Assembly (NCBI GenBank): GCA_002633005.1
Contig: NMRA01000862.1
Coordinates: 52,895-116,894, forward strand
DNA: 64,000 nucleotides
Origin: Phoronis australis
Lineage: Eukaryota; Animalia; Phoronida
Direction: 5' to 3'
Part shown: positions 36,501-51,500 of the stretch, one piece after another
How the letters are laid out: each line of letters opens with the position of its first letter
Position numbering within the stretch: position 1 is the first letter of the stretch
The notes under the pieces: model-generated
Database searches by the model: none
The model's input: only the letters and a program-made list of their open reading frames with translations
Told to the model about the DNA's origin: nothing
Translations under genes and position numbers: made by a program

Positions 36501-39500
36501 GTCAGTAGCGGATCCACGTTTTCAGCAAGGGGGGGTTTAAGATTCCCGCCAAGGTCGAATCCTAGGCGCGTGGCACCGAGCGGGGGGAGGTCGGCAGGGG
36601 GGTTTCCCCTCTCGTGTAAGATATTTTTTTTTTGTTTCTGTATCCAAATAGTGAAATTTCCATGCATCCTGGTAAGTTTCTGGCACTTAACATATCTCTG
36701 GAGTTTTTCTTAAGATAATTAAAAACCCTTCTCGATTTCATCACATGAACTTGGCTCATAAGTTTCGTGAAACCATATTGTGCACATCTGGGTATGAGTC
36801 ACGCCACCAGCAAAAATTTTTGTTGGAACATCTGCTTACACACACCTTTTTTAGCATACGAAAAGTCGTATACGAAAAAGTGTGGTGTTTATACAAGGGT
36901 TTAGACAATTTCCAAATATTCAAGAGCATAATTAAGGAGCACCGACGGGGCGTAAAAACTTGAATATCAGATGATCGCGTAACAGCAGCCTCAAGTTGTA
37001 TAAGAACGAAGACCTGTACTGTTAGTCCGGAAATAAGCATGTGTTCTGTCTCGTTACGAGAAAAACTGGCGAACGATGGTGCTCTCAACTCATAGTCTAT
37101 TATTAAAAGCGACAATAAATAATTAGTTATCACTTTATTAAGCTGAATCACGTTGACAACAATTGAAAAACGTCAAATTTATAGGAAACAAATCATCTGA
37201 AAACAGTTTCACGAAACCAAAACATCCTGTGCACAGTGGTGAAAAGATATTCTGGACTAGTAGTTTGCAGAGGGACCAGATGTACACTGAGAGTACACAC
37301 AAAGCTGACCTGGTCCGTCACGAGACCAAGAGTACACCTGTGCTTATTATCCCTGTAAAAAATAGTCGATCTGTCGCGGGACCAAACAGTACTGGCTGAG
37401 ATAAATAGTTTTACAAAGCACACTTTTGTAAAAAAATCACAAGACTAGTTCGCCGAAGGACCAGAAGTACACTGAAACTCAACATTTACACAAATCAAGC
37501 TGGCCTAGTCCGTCGCGAGATCTAAAGTGTACTATGCAAAAAATTTTGAATTGAAAACTTCTTTCTAAAATTTAAATCCCCAGTGGTTACTCATACGTTA
37601 GTCCTATCCTTCTGTTGTCTAGACTGCCGAGGAATTTGTATATCGGATCCAATGATTTGCTCGTCTTGGAACCATTCTACCCAGATATCTTCGATGTTTG
37701 TTCCCAACGCCAGCACTTCGTCAACTGCTGTGTCAATGAGCTTGTAAGCCTCTACAATGTCAGCATCTCGTTTCGCAGCTCAGTTGACACTAAGACCCTT
37801 GAGGTTGCCAAGTCCATTCAAAAGACTTACATGCGCAACTAAATTCGATTCGTTCATCATGGACTACTTCAAACCTTGACGAAGCATCCCAGGACCTATT
37901 TGCATCTCTTGCAATTTTCGAAATAAACGTCCCAATGTCTGAACGCTTGAAACCCGAAGTACTAATATCAAATAAATGCCCATGGGCATGAGCGTTTCAT
38001 CGGGTGAGCCTTTCTGCGGAAATTCCCAGTATAGAAGACGGCAGTGTGCTTATTGCAGGTAGACAGACGGTAGGTGTTGAGGTCGGAACTAGGGCTCCCT
38101 AGGAGGCCTATTGAACATCGCACGAGTCCCGCAAGACTTTGTTGTGAAAGAACAGCCTCCCCGCAATTTCTGGTATTGTACACTTTTCGCGAATGCGGTC
38201 ACTTTCTCAATGTGAGTGTCCCCTTGGTCATTCCTTGTATAGACATAACTTGTTACAGAGTGTGTCTTCAAACGGACTCGCGACCAGACCACGGCGCCCG
38301 CCACAATAGCAATTCTTCGGAAAAAGATTTTTTTTTTCAAAAATATTACATGTACATGTACGCAATATTTCATGTACATGTACACTGTATGATATTGCGC
38401 AAGACAACTTTACTATACATCAGTTACAAACGTGTAGAGTGTAATAGAACGACACGGCATGACAGATGAGGTAAAAACGTTGCACGTCAATTCGCCTGAA
38501 TATCAGGGTTGCGGCACCGCAGTATTTCCCCTAATCAAATCAAAATATATATTAGAGTAAAGAAGCTAGTTACCAAAAAGAAATCAGCTATAAAACTGCT
38601 GTTTCAGCGGTGAATCCATCTAAAATGCTTGGCTACTTCAGAAGTGTCGACGGAAGCGCGCGCAAAATTAATCCCCGCGCGTTTTGCCGATGAGCCACAA
38701 AGACTCGGCAATTCACAATGCAAAAACTATATTTTCAGAGTGACCCCCCCCCCACTCATTTTTTCCAAGTTAGTTTACTTGGGGTTTACACACGCTGGCG
38801 GTGCCGTTTTTGTTTTGCTGGATACGCTTTTGTTTTTTTTTTAATTTTTGGGTCCTGGCCCGAGGGGGGTTTAAAGCCCCTGAACCCCCCCCAGTAGATC
38901 CGCCACTGGGCGTTTGTCGAAGTATTTTGGTTTCTTGTGAGGTTTCTTGTTTGCTTGAACGCACGCTGCAGGTTGTACATGTATGGGTTAAAACCCATTA
39001 ACATGACGCATATGTCTTGTCATATTTCCGAGGCCTCAGCGTTAGGGTAAAAACGCACTAAAGATGGCTCATGAATTATCGGTTTGGCGGAGCTAAAGCT
39101 TTCGGGACCTTTAAGGAAATCCCCTGACATTTGGAACGTCGATAGATCGCGTCAAGAGCTCTCTAGATGGTCTCCGTTATTTGTCCCCTTCCCGTTCTCA
39201 GGGTTATTCGTTATTTTCCGGTGAATTGCCTTTTACTGTTGGATTTTTGGACCGTACTCCTGGTGTCCGTTGACGTATTATTTTGAAATTTGATATATGT
39301 CATCTGTTTGTCATTGCGTCTTATCGTTATTCAGTTAATCGATAGCTATTGGTGTATTGAAAGTTCTGTTATGAACCAAGTCCTCATCGATATGCTTCAT
39401 GTGCATGCTGCACCTCGCGTTACTCGTCCATGCAATATGAAATTTTCACAGACTGAATTTTGGGAAAAGCTTAATCCTTCCTACAACGAAATCTAACACA

Positions 39501-42500
39501 ATGGAAGTAAAAAGCTTCCATGTTTAAATTTGCTGGTGTCCATGAAACTTGTTTTTTAATTTGGCTAATCCTGCAAATGGGCGTGAATAAAGCATCGTTT
39601 AAAGTAGTGCAAGTAGATGTCCATAAATGGTGCAAATAAGTTTTCTGTTGAATGCATCATGTAGTAAACGACAATTTTAGTTGTATTTTTTCATGCAAAG
39701 TTAAGGCAGCTTTCTGACTTGATGAGCGTCACCTGTTTGTGACGTTCGGAACTTACACGTACGCGATATGGTGCCAAAGGTTCTTAGCTTAATTTTAACT
39801 CTCTCATACCTTCTTTATTAAAACAAATTTAATGACTTTGCATTAAATCAACCCAACACTGATGTTGCATGATTAATTGCGATGTTTTCAATTACAAAAA
39901 ATAGATTAAGAGAGAAAAATCAATGTTGATGCATTTTGTCAAACTCAGGACCAGCCCAAACCTGTTGTGGACTCGGTTTCTGCGACAATGTTGCCCCACG
40001 GGGATTATACAGGTCTCGATGTTCCTCCGTCGTAATATGCACCTTTGTATCGGTGTCATCCGAAACCGGCGTTCCCAAAACTTGATATTTCCTTTTACCT
40101 GTTAATACATTTTCTGTGAATGTGTTGGTAGGAGTCAACTACATGAGCCCATTTGCACAAAAACAGGGACTGAGGTCGAACAGACCTTGTGAGAGATGGA
40201 AAGCAAGGTGGAATTTAGACCCAATTCCCCATGGCACACCATAGTGCGCACCTGTAAGTTATCAGCGGGAATTCGATGGATGCTAGTACATGGCTAAAGA
40301 GATGAAGTTAAATGAACGATGCTTTGCTAGCGTGAATCACCGATTTTTTGATTTCTTCATTTTTCCACATGTGGTTACCAGTAATAACGTTTCAAATTTC
40401 TAATCCTTTCAGAAACGTGCGACAAAACTGCTCTGTCACCGGCCAGCCCAGGTGTGGTTCGCACAACTGGACACGTTTTTGTCGGTGAGACGTTGATTGA
40501 AAAATGTGAAACCAACTTTGTTGCCGAAGGATCCAACAGGCTGGCTGTAAACAAGATCAAATGCAACGAAGGACCACCTGCGAGCTGGGACGGAACCATT
40601 AACTACTTACAATGCAAAGGTTCGTTCTCATTTTGATTCCTTTAGCAAAACGGTAAAGTTTTTCCATAGTGTATGCCACCAGCTGCCCACGACTGATTAA
40701 CAGAAGCCGCAGTTGTATTTTAGAGTTCCATTTGTGATTCGATAAACGTAAAGCCCAGTTTTGATGCAGTACTGTAACACTTGAACGTGAATATCAACCC
40801 TACCGGAGTTCTCTGTAGGAATGCCCAACTTCATATACTTCCAACGCAAGTTCATAATAAACTCGCAGTTTCGTTAGATACGCCGAAGGCGTTAACTTTA
40901 TTTGAGAAGAAATGTGGACGGTTGACTCCTGGAACTTCCCTCAGTTTCATGTGAAAGGAAATGGATATCAAAACCGTAATTAAAACAACTGTTCAACAAT
41001 AAATAAGCATTTACATGTGCGAACATGCAAACAATGGTTTCTTGTGTATTGACTCGCTTGTTTTGAAGTTGCGCGCCGTGTGCATTGTTTTCGATTTGCG
41101 CGCCGTCTGGATCTTTCATAAAACCTTGTGTGTACCCGCCAAGTCTAAATATTTGTTAGGCTGCGTTTTTTGTTGGAGCTCTTGGTCCTAATTTAATATA
41201 TTCCGAATAAATGTCCCGGGCGTGTCTGTAGAAAACTCGATATGCAAATAAACCTGGGTGCTCAGAATCTTATCTCTGATCTTGCGTCAGACTCAGGTTG
41301 AACATTTAGCCAATCAAACTGCATGATTAGAGTATATATTTCAAGCTACGTCGGAGTGCGGCAAGCGAACGGTCAATTTTTGTGTCGCGTTTCGACCACA
41401 GAGATTAAACCGTGAGACCGACTAGCTGTAAATTGGCATCGCGTTCCTTCGCATAAAGGGAAATTCAAAAGAATGTTTGCGCTTAGTACGTGGCACACCG
41501 CCAGGTAAAGAGGTGACGTGATCAACGCTTCTGAGGTGCAACTGCCTTAAATGGGGTTGCTCGTGGGTGAAACTAAGCCCCGTTTTCCTGTTTTTGACTA
41601 TTAAAGTAAAAAATTCAACCAACTTGCTGCCCAGCTCTCTTAAAAACACTCGTTAGCCGTCAAAAACGTTGAGCAAATTTTGAAAACTCTTTACAAATCC
41701 CGAAAAACGGCAATCGTGACCTACGCTTTAAGCGAGTTACACAATATCATAGGGGAGCAAATGCATGCATCACCAAAAACCTCGCTGGTTCCCTGCGTGC
41801 TGCTAGGTGGTCGGTAGCCAGCACGCAGGTATCACTTAATTTTCCTCGAGAATTTTTTTTACACCGGCGTTTCTGATTGGTTGGTCAAATTCTCAACAGG
41901 CAACGCTTTTCGCAAACAAATTGGCATGACTGATGGAGGAAGTGTAGATGTGGTCTGTTTTACAGACAAATCAGTGCTTAAAATTCATGTTCAGGAAAAC
42001 TGAATCCCAGAATTGTGGTTGCGCCTTTTCGGAGGGCATTTTTCTATTGTTGATGACTTTTGTTTACGATACTATCCTGTATTCATACAATATGAATAAC
42101 ACCGCACCGGTTAAATCGGCCAGACATGTGTTTATTGTACATGTATGTGCTTCAAGCACGCGAACACTCGAAGCAGATGCTCCTTCTTTAATATGGGACT
42201 CTCAAAAGTGTTGAAGCGCTTTAGCCGGAAATTTAACTCATGACTTAAAAGCTCAATTTAGAATTCTTCAACGAAGCAGTGTCAAACATGTTTGAACTAA
42301 TTTCGATTTGGAATAATTATACATGTAGAACTGAAAATGAGAACGCTAAAAGGCGAATGTGGCGCTTGTCTTTCTTCGGTTACTGAGATGACGCGTCCAA
42401 TACTTTTTCAATTAAAATTGAAAAAGTATTGCACACTTTCATTGACAGTATTCTAAACACTATACAAGTGTACATTCAAAATATGTTTTGCTAAGATAAT

Positions 42501-45500
42501 TTGAAGAATAACTTCATCTGTAGTGCTTGGGTTTTAGCTCTTGGTCACACGCGAAAAAAAATTTGACAGCATTTTCACTTTATTAATATTTTACTTTGAT
42601 TGTGTTTATCAAATACAACAAAAGGGGCTACGCGAGTTAGTTGCATTCAAAATGGCGAGTGTCCAATTCGGGACCGGCACTTGTGTCAGATTTTGGGAAA
42701 CGGTCTGTTTTTGCGATAACTGAATACATATGGTGTAAATTTCCATTTCCAAGTTTTATATGTAAGTTGTGTTTTGTCAATGGACGTAAAACAATAGCAC
42801 AGTTTAGTTTCTTCTAACATTTCATTCAAAGAAAACTGCCAAAAATGCTCGCATAAAGGTACTCTGTTTATTGATGAAGATTTTTTACCAACAGGTAGAA
42901 AGGGATATGTACAAACGAACTTTCGCAAATAGAGAGATTTTGCAGACGGCATGTTGCAGGATATTTGGTATCGAACACGTATTCATATACGGCATCTCGC
43001 CGAGTTGCGCAGTAATATACCAGCATAGCGTGTCACCGATATACTTTATTTATTGGGGACACACAAAACAACAAGAATAATGTATATTTTAAGTTGTATT
43101 GGGAATTTCAGGGTCACAGCTCTAGAAATAAATATTTCACAGAAGGAACCAGATGGGTTCCTTAGTTACAAGAGATAACACACACATTTCTGATACCCAA
43201 AGTACAATTGAGTATCGGATGCTAAGTGGCGCAGGTTAGCATAGTACCAAATGGGTACATAATACCAAATGGGTATTGGCCGATTGCCTACCAACTGGGT
43301 CGAGCAAAACGGCAAATTCAATAACAAGTACCAAGTGGGTACAAACTGCCAAATGGGCTAATAAAAAACTGGCTAATTAGGAAAACTTACGAGTGAACGT
43401 ACTCTTGCTTGTGGCTGGGCTAACAAGAAGCTGGAGAGAAAGAACAAACAGCGCTACCATCGGACTTGGTAGGAACTAATTAGGAGTTGGATATGAAGCA
43501 TGAAGGGCTGTATAATGTTATTTGCCCAAATAATAGGATTTATGTCAGAGTGCCATAAATGTCATTAGGATAAAATTGCAAAAATTCTAGCACATTATTA
43601 AGGTCAAAGAGCACATAACAAGGATAGGTTAAAATTACCAAAATACTCTCAAGTGGTACCACTGGTGCGCATGCAGTTTACAAGTTTAGTCCAATAGTTT
43701 CACAAAATGATTTTTTGTCAATTTACGATGTTGGAAAACCTCAGAAACCGATTTCACATATACAGTGTACCTATTCTAGTATTCTCCTCGGGTGCAATAA
43801 TATTGTTTTGTTTGGGAATGGTACATGCGTATGTGTGGCCCTCGCGTGCTTCCTGTACCTCAAACAAACAAAACGACACCTTCAAACTAAATTATGCCAT
43901 GGACAGAGTAATTGCTTTGCAAAGATAGCAGTAAAATGAAGGTTCTTTGTTGCAGCGGCCACCTGCATTGCCCCTCCCTCTGTGATCGATGCGAAGTCGA
44001 CAGTGCTTGATCCACCGTCTACCGACAGTGAACTACCTCTGAGCACCACTATTACGTACACGTGTAAAGCTGGCTTCAGGGGCGAAGGACTCAATATGAC
44101 TAAATGTCTTATTCATGGCAATTGGACGGGGACATTCTCATGCAAAGGTAGACACAATGTATAGTAGTCAAACAGTAGTCTCGAAACCAAACATTTCATG
44201 CTATCAAGTATCTTTATTCAAGGTTCCATTTAAGCCGCTGTCTATTTTATAGTTTGTCATGTTTTTTGTTTGTTTTTTTTCGTTAATTATTATTTCCATT
44301 TCAATTCAGATAACCCTGTACTTGTGATCGTTTACATCGTGGAAGATGCAAAATTTTCATTACTCAAAGACACTCTCTGCTGCATCTTCATTAATTTGGT
44401 TAGAAACTTTACAAATCAATTTGACCCAAATCCGTTAAGCCAAGTTTCATTCACAAAGTAATGCTCGTTTCTAACTAATCAGAGTTTAACAGAAAGTTAC
44501 TAAGGCGAATTGGAAGTTATGGTGGAGAATAAACGATCTGTTTGCCGCAGTTTAATGCCCCTGAACTTCAAATTCTACAAAACGATTAGTCCAAGCTACA
44601 CACGTAGAGGGATGTACCTTTTGTGATATATTTCTATCTATAAAGCTACTGATAGGTCTACGTTCTAGAGACAGAAAACGGTATGTTTAAGTCATGTGTT
44701 ACACTTTTTTGCGTCGACAGTCATCCTCGTGTGCCCACTGAAGTCAATTGGTTCTCATCGTATTCATTGTTCAATCATTCTCGGTCATCAATCATTCACC
44801 TACGTACTTAATACTGCACTTACGTTCGATTTCTCACCCTGTTGTTCGACTTCTTCTACTGCTTTTCCGTACTTCTCTTCGTAGAACCGTCTTTGAGATC
44901 ACACGTCGTGTTCCCAGGCTCGCAGTGACCTCAATTCTATGTCCAGATAGATGACTCATAAGACGGATCTTTGTTGCACGGACAAAAGTCAAATCGTGAT
45001 GACGCAAATAGCTTTCACTAGTTTATTTCACGCGTACAGGATTACTGATTTCAGCTCCAAAGAAGTCATCAAAAAGGAATTGAAAATATTTTACATAATT
45101 GGGAAAATTTAGTCTTGGCACTTGGTAAAGTTTTGAGTTTCCTACAGGATTGCCCAAGCAATTTACGTTCTCCAAAATTAAGGCGTTCGTTTGTCATTAT
45201 CGTGCATAGAAAGCTCACGACAGTTCAGTCGCACACTTTAGCAGCAACGTGAACCATACGTTAGGCTAGACTTAGGTTGTTTGATCTGTGAGAAATGAAT
45301 TTGAGTGTCCGGCATTGCAATGAAGTGTGAGCGGGAATAGTCAGTTAGTGCGGTCCTGCATTTTGATAAACAGATGTCTCCGCCTACTAATGGACATCAA
45401 GTTGGTTCTTAACATCCGGGGTCCCCGTGTCTATTGCCAAAAATGTTTAAAGGTTGACTAAAGATGAAGTTTTCTTGCATGTTGCGCGATTTCATCAATT

Positions 45501-45532
45501 TCCTACAACTCATTTCCAAAACATATCTCGAT

Positions 45533-45579
<47 letters not shown>

Positions 45580-48459
45580 CCATGGAAACTGTAGAATGAT
45601 ATTTTTCGTTGAGTGACTTTTGAACAAAAAGCGGTGTCTCGGAGTATTGCAAAATGCCTCATATTAGTTTTCAATCACCTACCAACAGAATTCAACTCTA
45701 TGGAAATCCGTAGAATCTAAACGCGTGGCTGAATAATCCAACGGTTGCTCGTAAGAGTTGAAAAACCTTAATTGTTTATTTGATGAAAATTCAAAAAGTT
45801 TACATTCAACTTTTCTCGCTGACAACATTAATTTTTAAAACAATCCGACAAATTTGACTGGAGTTCATTCAACTTCAAAAAAAGTTATGCCTGAAAGAAA
45901 TCAGCAAAGGACATCATCAAAAAACACATGGTATTTTTTGCTTAGAAGTTTTCTCAGTTTCCGAGAAGACAAGTTTTGAAATTTGTACGTCGGAGATTCC
46001 TTGTGAAAATTTTGCTAGAAAGAATTTTTGTATTAGATGATTCCTCTTATTAGCATTTCTAGAGAAATAACTATCGTGTTGCTTTCGTTTGCGTTGTCCA
46101 TACGTTGTTGTCTGATTTGGTCATACGTTGTCGTCTGTCCTTGTGATTAACTAACATGATTTAAGCTAAGGTAGCAGATTATATCGTACATATACACATT
46201 AAAGTTAAATGTTTATAAATAATTACTAACACTGTGCATACACTGTATGTTATTGGTATCATGGTTTTGGTTTCAGCGATAGTGTGCAAAGAAGAGGTAG
46301 TCCATTACGGCACTGTTAGTTTCACAGTGGATCCAGATATGGTTGCAAAACTTGCAGGCAAAGTTACTCAAGGCTACCGACCCTATCTCACTATTGCTCA
46401 ATTGACATGCAATACCGGATATGATGTGTTTGGTGATGGTAATCGCACATGTTTGGAAGATGGAAGCTGGAGCGGCAAAATATCTCCTTCCTGCATTGGT
46501 ATTTTTTCTTTCCTTAGCAGTTAAATTTCAATTCCCTGGTATCTCTAAATGAACTTGACAAGCTCTCGCAAGGGGTTCAGTTTGATTGTGATTGTGTTAT
46601 GAAATTTCGGCATGTTCTGACTTTGTATCAGTTGCATTTCTTCCGGGGTTTCAATCATAAAATTCACAAGAGCGGGCACGATGTCACAAAGCACCTGACT
46701 GTCATTTAACTGGCTGGAACCTACGTTCTTGATCAATAGTACATCACCAAGGTTTGGAATTACAAACTTTCCTGAAACAATGACACTTATTTAACCCTTG
46801 TCCATTCTGAAGTGCGTTGGTGTCATGGTGCATGTATTAAAAATGGGGTGGATCTTTCACTGTTAATGAAAAATATGCAACGTTGTCGAAAAAAAGAAAA
46901 TCATGACCGGCTACGTTTTCGACATTATCTTCAAATGTTTATTATGGCAAATGTAATTCATGCTACGTAGTGTTTCAAAGAAAGAAATGTATTATATCTG
47001 GGCGTAAAAATACGTCATAAATATCTAAGATGCAGTGCACTCCGTGAGGTTGCTTATTCGTATCCAACTTACTTAAGTTACATTGTTGTGCATAAGAAAA
47101 TATAAATGTGACTATACTGTAAGTAAAAAATGCATGTCTCATTAAGACCTACAGATTCGTTGTGTAATGTGACATCTTTGGGTTTCTTTGACGTACCAGG
47201 TCTTGTTGTTGCCAATTAAAAATGTGATTTAACAATAACATTTCGCCTAGTGGAGTTTCTATCGATACTGCAATGCGCTTTGAAGATGAAATTGCTGTGT
47301 AGTACATGAGATAGTATACTGTGTCCACCGCTTTCCAATCTCAGTGCAAAGCCCGTGAGACCTTGTCTTTTTAACTGACCAGTTTTAGTACGTGCAATTT
47401 TGCTGTATTTCTGAAAGACATTTGAATGATAAACAATTACACAATGGCTTCCGGTTGGTCATAATTGATGTTTTCATAAGCACGCAATTTCAAAAACAAG
47501 GCAAAATAGTACAGTGAATTTCAAAATAAACTAGACAGAATTCATATTCATCGGAACTCTTCTAGAATCATGCCTACGTTGAAACATCTTGCCAGTACTG
47601 CTGTTTATTTGCCAGTTTAGTCGAACTTTTGTCGCAATTAACTATCGTTTCTGTTGAACTTTTCTCGGAGCAGTAGTAATTGGTGGTCATATTGGATTTT
47701 GCAAACCCGGAGTGTTGCCTGTACATGTAGTTTCGAAGAAGAATGTACTAAGGAAACCGTTTTACTGTTTCTTGAGCTTCCATTTCTAAGTACTTGAGAC
47801 ATAAATACACAGCCTGGACTGAAAGGGCGTTTAATAACTTTTGCCGGTTACTGTTTTGCCACTGAGTGGTAAATTATGGCATTTACAGTTTTACATGATC
47901 TCGCCAAGTTAAATTTACTAATGACTGATGACATTATCCATTTTATGCAGATGATGACGAATGTTCTAGACCCAACATCTGTGGCAGTGGTAGCGATTGT
48001 CAGAACACTGTAGGATCGTACACATGTATTTGTCAACAAGGGTATGGTATTGACGGCAACTCTTGTTCAGGTGAGGAAAAGTGAGAGGTTCCTGTCGCAA
48101 TTAGAAACAGTCATACAGTAGCATACTTGTATGCTAACTCATAGCATTTTGCAGTATTGTATTTCGAAGGTTTTAGATGAAAAGTGCGCTATAACAAAAC
48201 TCTGAATAACGCAAAACGCCTCCTTAAAGCGCAAGTTAGAAAACGGCAAAACTAGTTTTCTAGTTGTTTACGTGTTAGTTGATAATGTGTCGTACTTACT
48301 TCATTGATACATGTTTTGAAGCCAATTTAACGGTGTGGAGGGTTTATTTCTAAGTGCGAGAGAAATTGAATAAAAGAGAGTTGGATAAATGGAGTGAATG
48401 AGCAGGTGAGTGAGAACGAGAGAGAAGACATGTGAAAGTGGAGGGGAGAGAGAGGGGGA

Positions 48460-48492
<33 letters not shown>

Positions 48493-48523
48493 ACTGAGAG
48501 ACTGAGAGACTGAGCGCACGAGA

Positions 48524-48599
<76 letters not shown>

Positions 48600-51500
48600 T
48601 TTAGCGGGTTAGCGGGATGGGATGGAAAGGGAAAGGGCAATGAGATATGACAGAGACAGGCGAGGAGGAGGTGGATAAGCGGAGACATAAGGAAATACAC
48701 GTATATCCTGACATGTTCCCTCACCAGTGTTTACTACAAGGAGAGTATCAATTCACTGCCCACAATGATAACTACACCATGACAGAGCACACGTCATATA
48801 AATATGATTGCAATGCGCACATAGCTCACAAAAATACACGGACAACACAAATGGTATTTCCATTCACCAGTTCGATTCTAAGGCAGGCGTGTATGGAACT
48901 GAACGTTAACGCATTGAATTTTTGACACCAGTTGCTATAGCACGATACGGTCTTGAATAGAGAACGAACGTCCTAACTTTACCATATACAAGTACATACC
49001 TCACAAAATAGATATACCGCATCGTGTTACACCGTATCGTCAAGTGGAGTCAGGCTAAAAGCCGAATAGCACTAGAGAAATATATTTTCTGATATACATG
49101 AATTGTAGTCATATTTTGATGAAGTCGTTGTAACCTAATGGAAAATTGTCAGACGAATGTGAAAAATTTCCTTTTTGTACCCGCACACATGAATGATGTC
49201 AGTATTTGAGAGAGAAAATAAAGTGAACCTCATTTACTGACAGACTATTGAGAGATTTCACTCACGTTTACATTATTTGTTCATGCTTAGCAGCTTGTCC
49301 TGTCTGTTTGTTAGGAACAGATAACAACACACTACTTCAGTTGTTCACCAGAGCACCAACATCAAGTCAGTTTGCAGTTTAAAGTAATTGGCTGCTTCTC
49401 TGCAAACATATCGATAAAACAAGGTCGCACATTTTTTCAAGCCACTGCCCTGTTGTTCAACCCTGTGTTCTACAGTTGCCTCCGCCTCTCCTTTTGTTCC
49501 ATTTAAATTACGTCACCTTCGGACCATGACCGGACTAATTACTTACTGACAAAACACATCTTCCAGTAGTGTACAAGTGTCATTAGTAATTGCTGTCTAC
49601 GTCATTTTTTTTCATTGGTTACAGCGTACTGTGCAGTCATTTTTACAAGCTTACAATCTAGTTTAAAGGTCGTGGATAACATTGTGAGCTCGTTGGGACG
49701 CCAAATTCAAGTAATTTACACCATAGGTTAGAGTACAAACAATCGCCATAGGTACGCATCAGGTGAAACTATAATTTGAACATGTTTCTGAGAAGAAGGT
49801 TTAGCATTGGCACACACGACTGGTTATGCCTTGTCGTATATTTCTGTTGTCATGACTCCTTCCCTTTAGACGACATTGTTTACATCATAGATACATGATC
49901 TGTAGGGATTTTACAACTCTCGTTACGTTTAGCATCGCACGTAGAGTCCCACAGCCCAGAATCAAAGTTCAAAACACAGATTACCGACTTGCTGTATCTT
50001 CCAGATGTGCTAATGCCATTGTGTAGAGAAAATCTAAGTATTAAAATCGAATCCGGGACACATAATACTTAGGCGTCATATTCACCAGGAAAAATGTTCT
50101 GTGTCATTCGGAAATAAATCGTCTACTGGTCAAGAGCTGCAGGACGTTTTGATGTCAACTGTGTGCAAACATTGCACATTTATCAGAACAAAACATTGCA
50201 TACCCAACACACTAATCTATCCCTAATCAGATAGCATTATATCATTCGTTGTATTACAAGAGCGTAAAGAACATTTGCAACAAGCCTCGACGGAAACACT
50301 AGGTCAGAAACAACGCATTTAAGACGACGCTGCAAAAGTAAATGATCTACGATTTGACATAAGAACTGACACATTCGATAACGTGATGAAGCAAACAAAT
50401 TAATATCAATAAAACATCCAAGCCTTTAAACAACTTGAGTGTACTGTCTCGGATGTTTTTGTCCCGTTATTCGTTTAACCTCAATATGCATGTTTCGGGA
50501 TTTTGCAATCCTAAGTTCAAAAGCCTCCATTCAAAATGGCAAAGTTTTACCCCAAATTTAAGCCAGGCGTTTATTCGGAAAAGTAACCAATGAAAGAAAA
50601 ATGTGTCACCAATACGACAATGAATCGGAAAACTATGGAACTCCTTGAGGACACATCAAGGTCAGAGGTCATCAATTGCGGCACCAACAAAGAATAAGGA
50701 ACGTGTGTACCAGTAAAACAGTTAGTTAAGTTTATTTTATGAATATGTAAATACATTGCTACAATAAGTTTTTTCTTGTTACTCAACAAGCCTAGCATTT
50801 ATGTAACATTCGCTGACAATGCTTATTTTGACAACAAACTACAAGAGGCAGAAAATGTTGCACGTGGCTCCTCATTTAGGTCCAAGGGCCTACTTTCAGA
50901 TTTCATGTCCTTGACCATTTGAGGTAGCCTGCTTGGTGAAAGATTTGGTAGGATTCCTTACGCTATTTTTATCTGGTTTAGCAAAGACAATGCCAATTCC
51001 CAAGTCTCCAGTGCGGCACAATGCACTACTCGGGAACAAGCTGCACACACATTGCCCAAGCAAGCGATGACAATATGTCAAAACAATTAATTTAGACCAC
51101 CCATGAATATTACTTTGTCGTGTACATAACCTAATATTTCCAAATGGATTGGTCTGATTTGTATGAAGAAAGTGCCATCTTACGTTATACTTGTCAATTT
51201 AGAACTCAGCCATATTTAACCTCTAGGCTAGTTTCCACCAGGGAGCACTCGTTTCTTCCCCTCATCTCCTTGGCAGTGCAATTACGCATGAGGCAGGTAA
51301 TCCCGATTTCTCATGAGCTTTGCTCTCAAACGGCCCATATAACACGACATTGACCTATGTATCGGTCCGTGTTGTATTTCAATGCACTTTGGGACAAAAC
51401 CAAACAAGATATTGGATTCAAAGTTAAATGATTCTACAACAAGAACGCAAGATTCTTCGTTCCCCCTACATATCCTTCTGGAACAAAAGTTTACGCAGAT

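Noticed and set aside
48301-48724. SLSLSL-rich ORFs
   Set aside because: They are translations of the (GA)n microsatellite.
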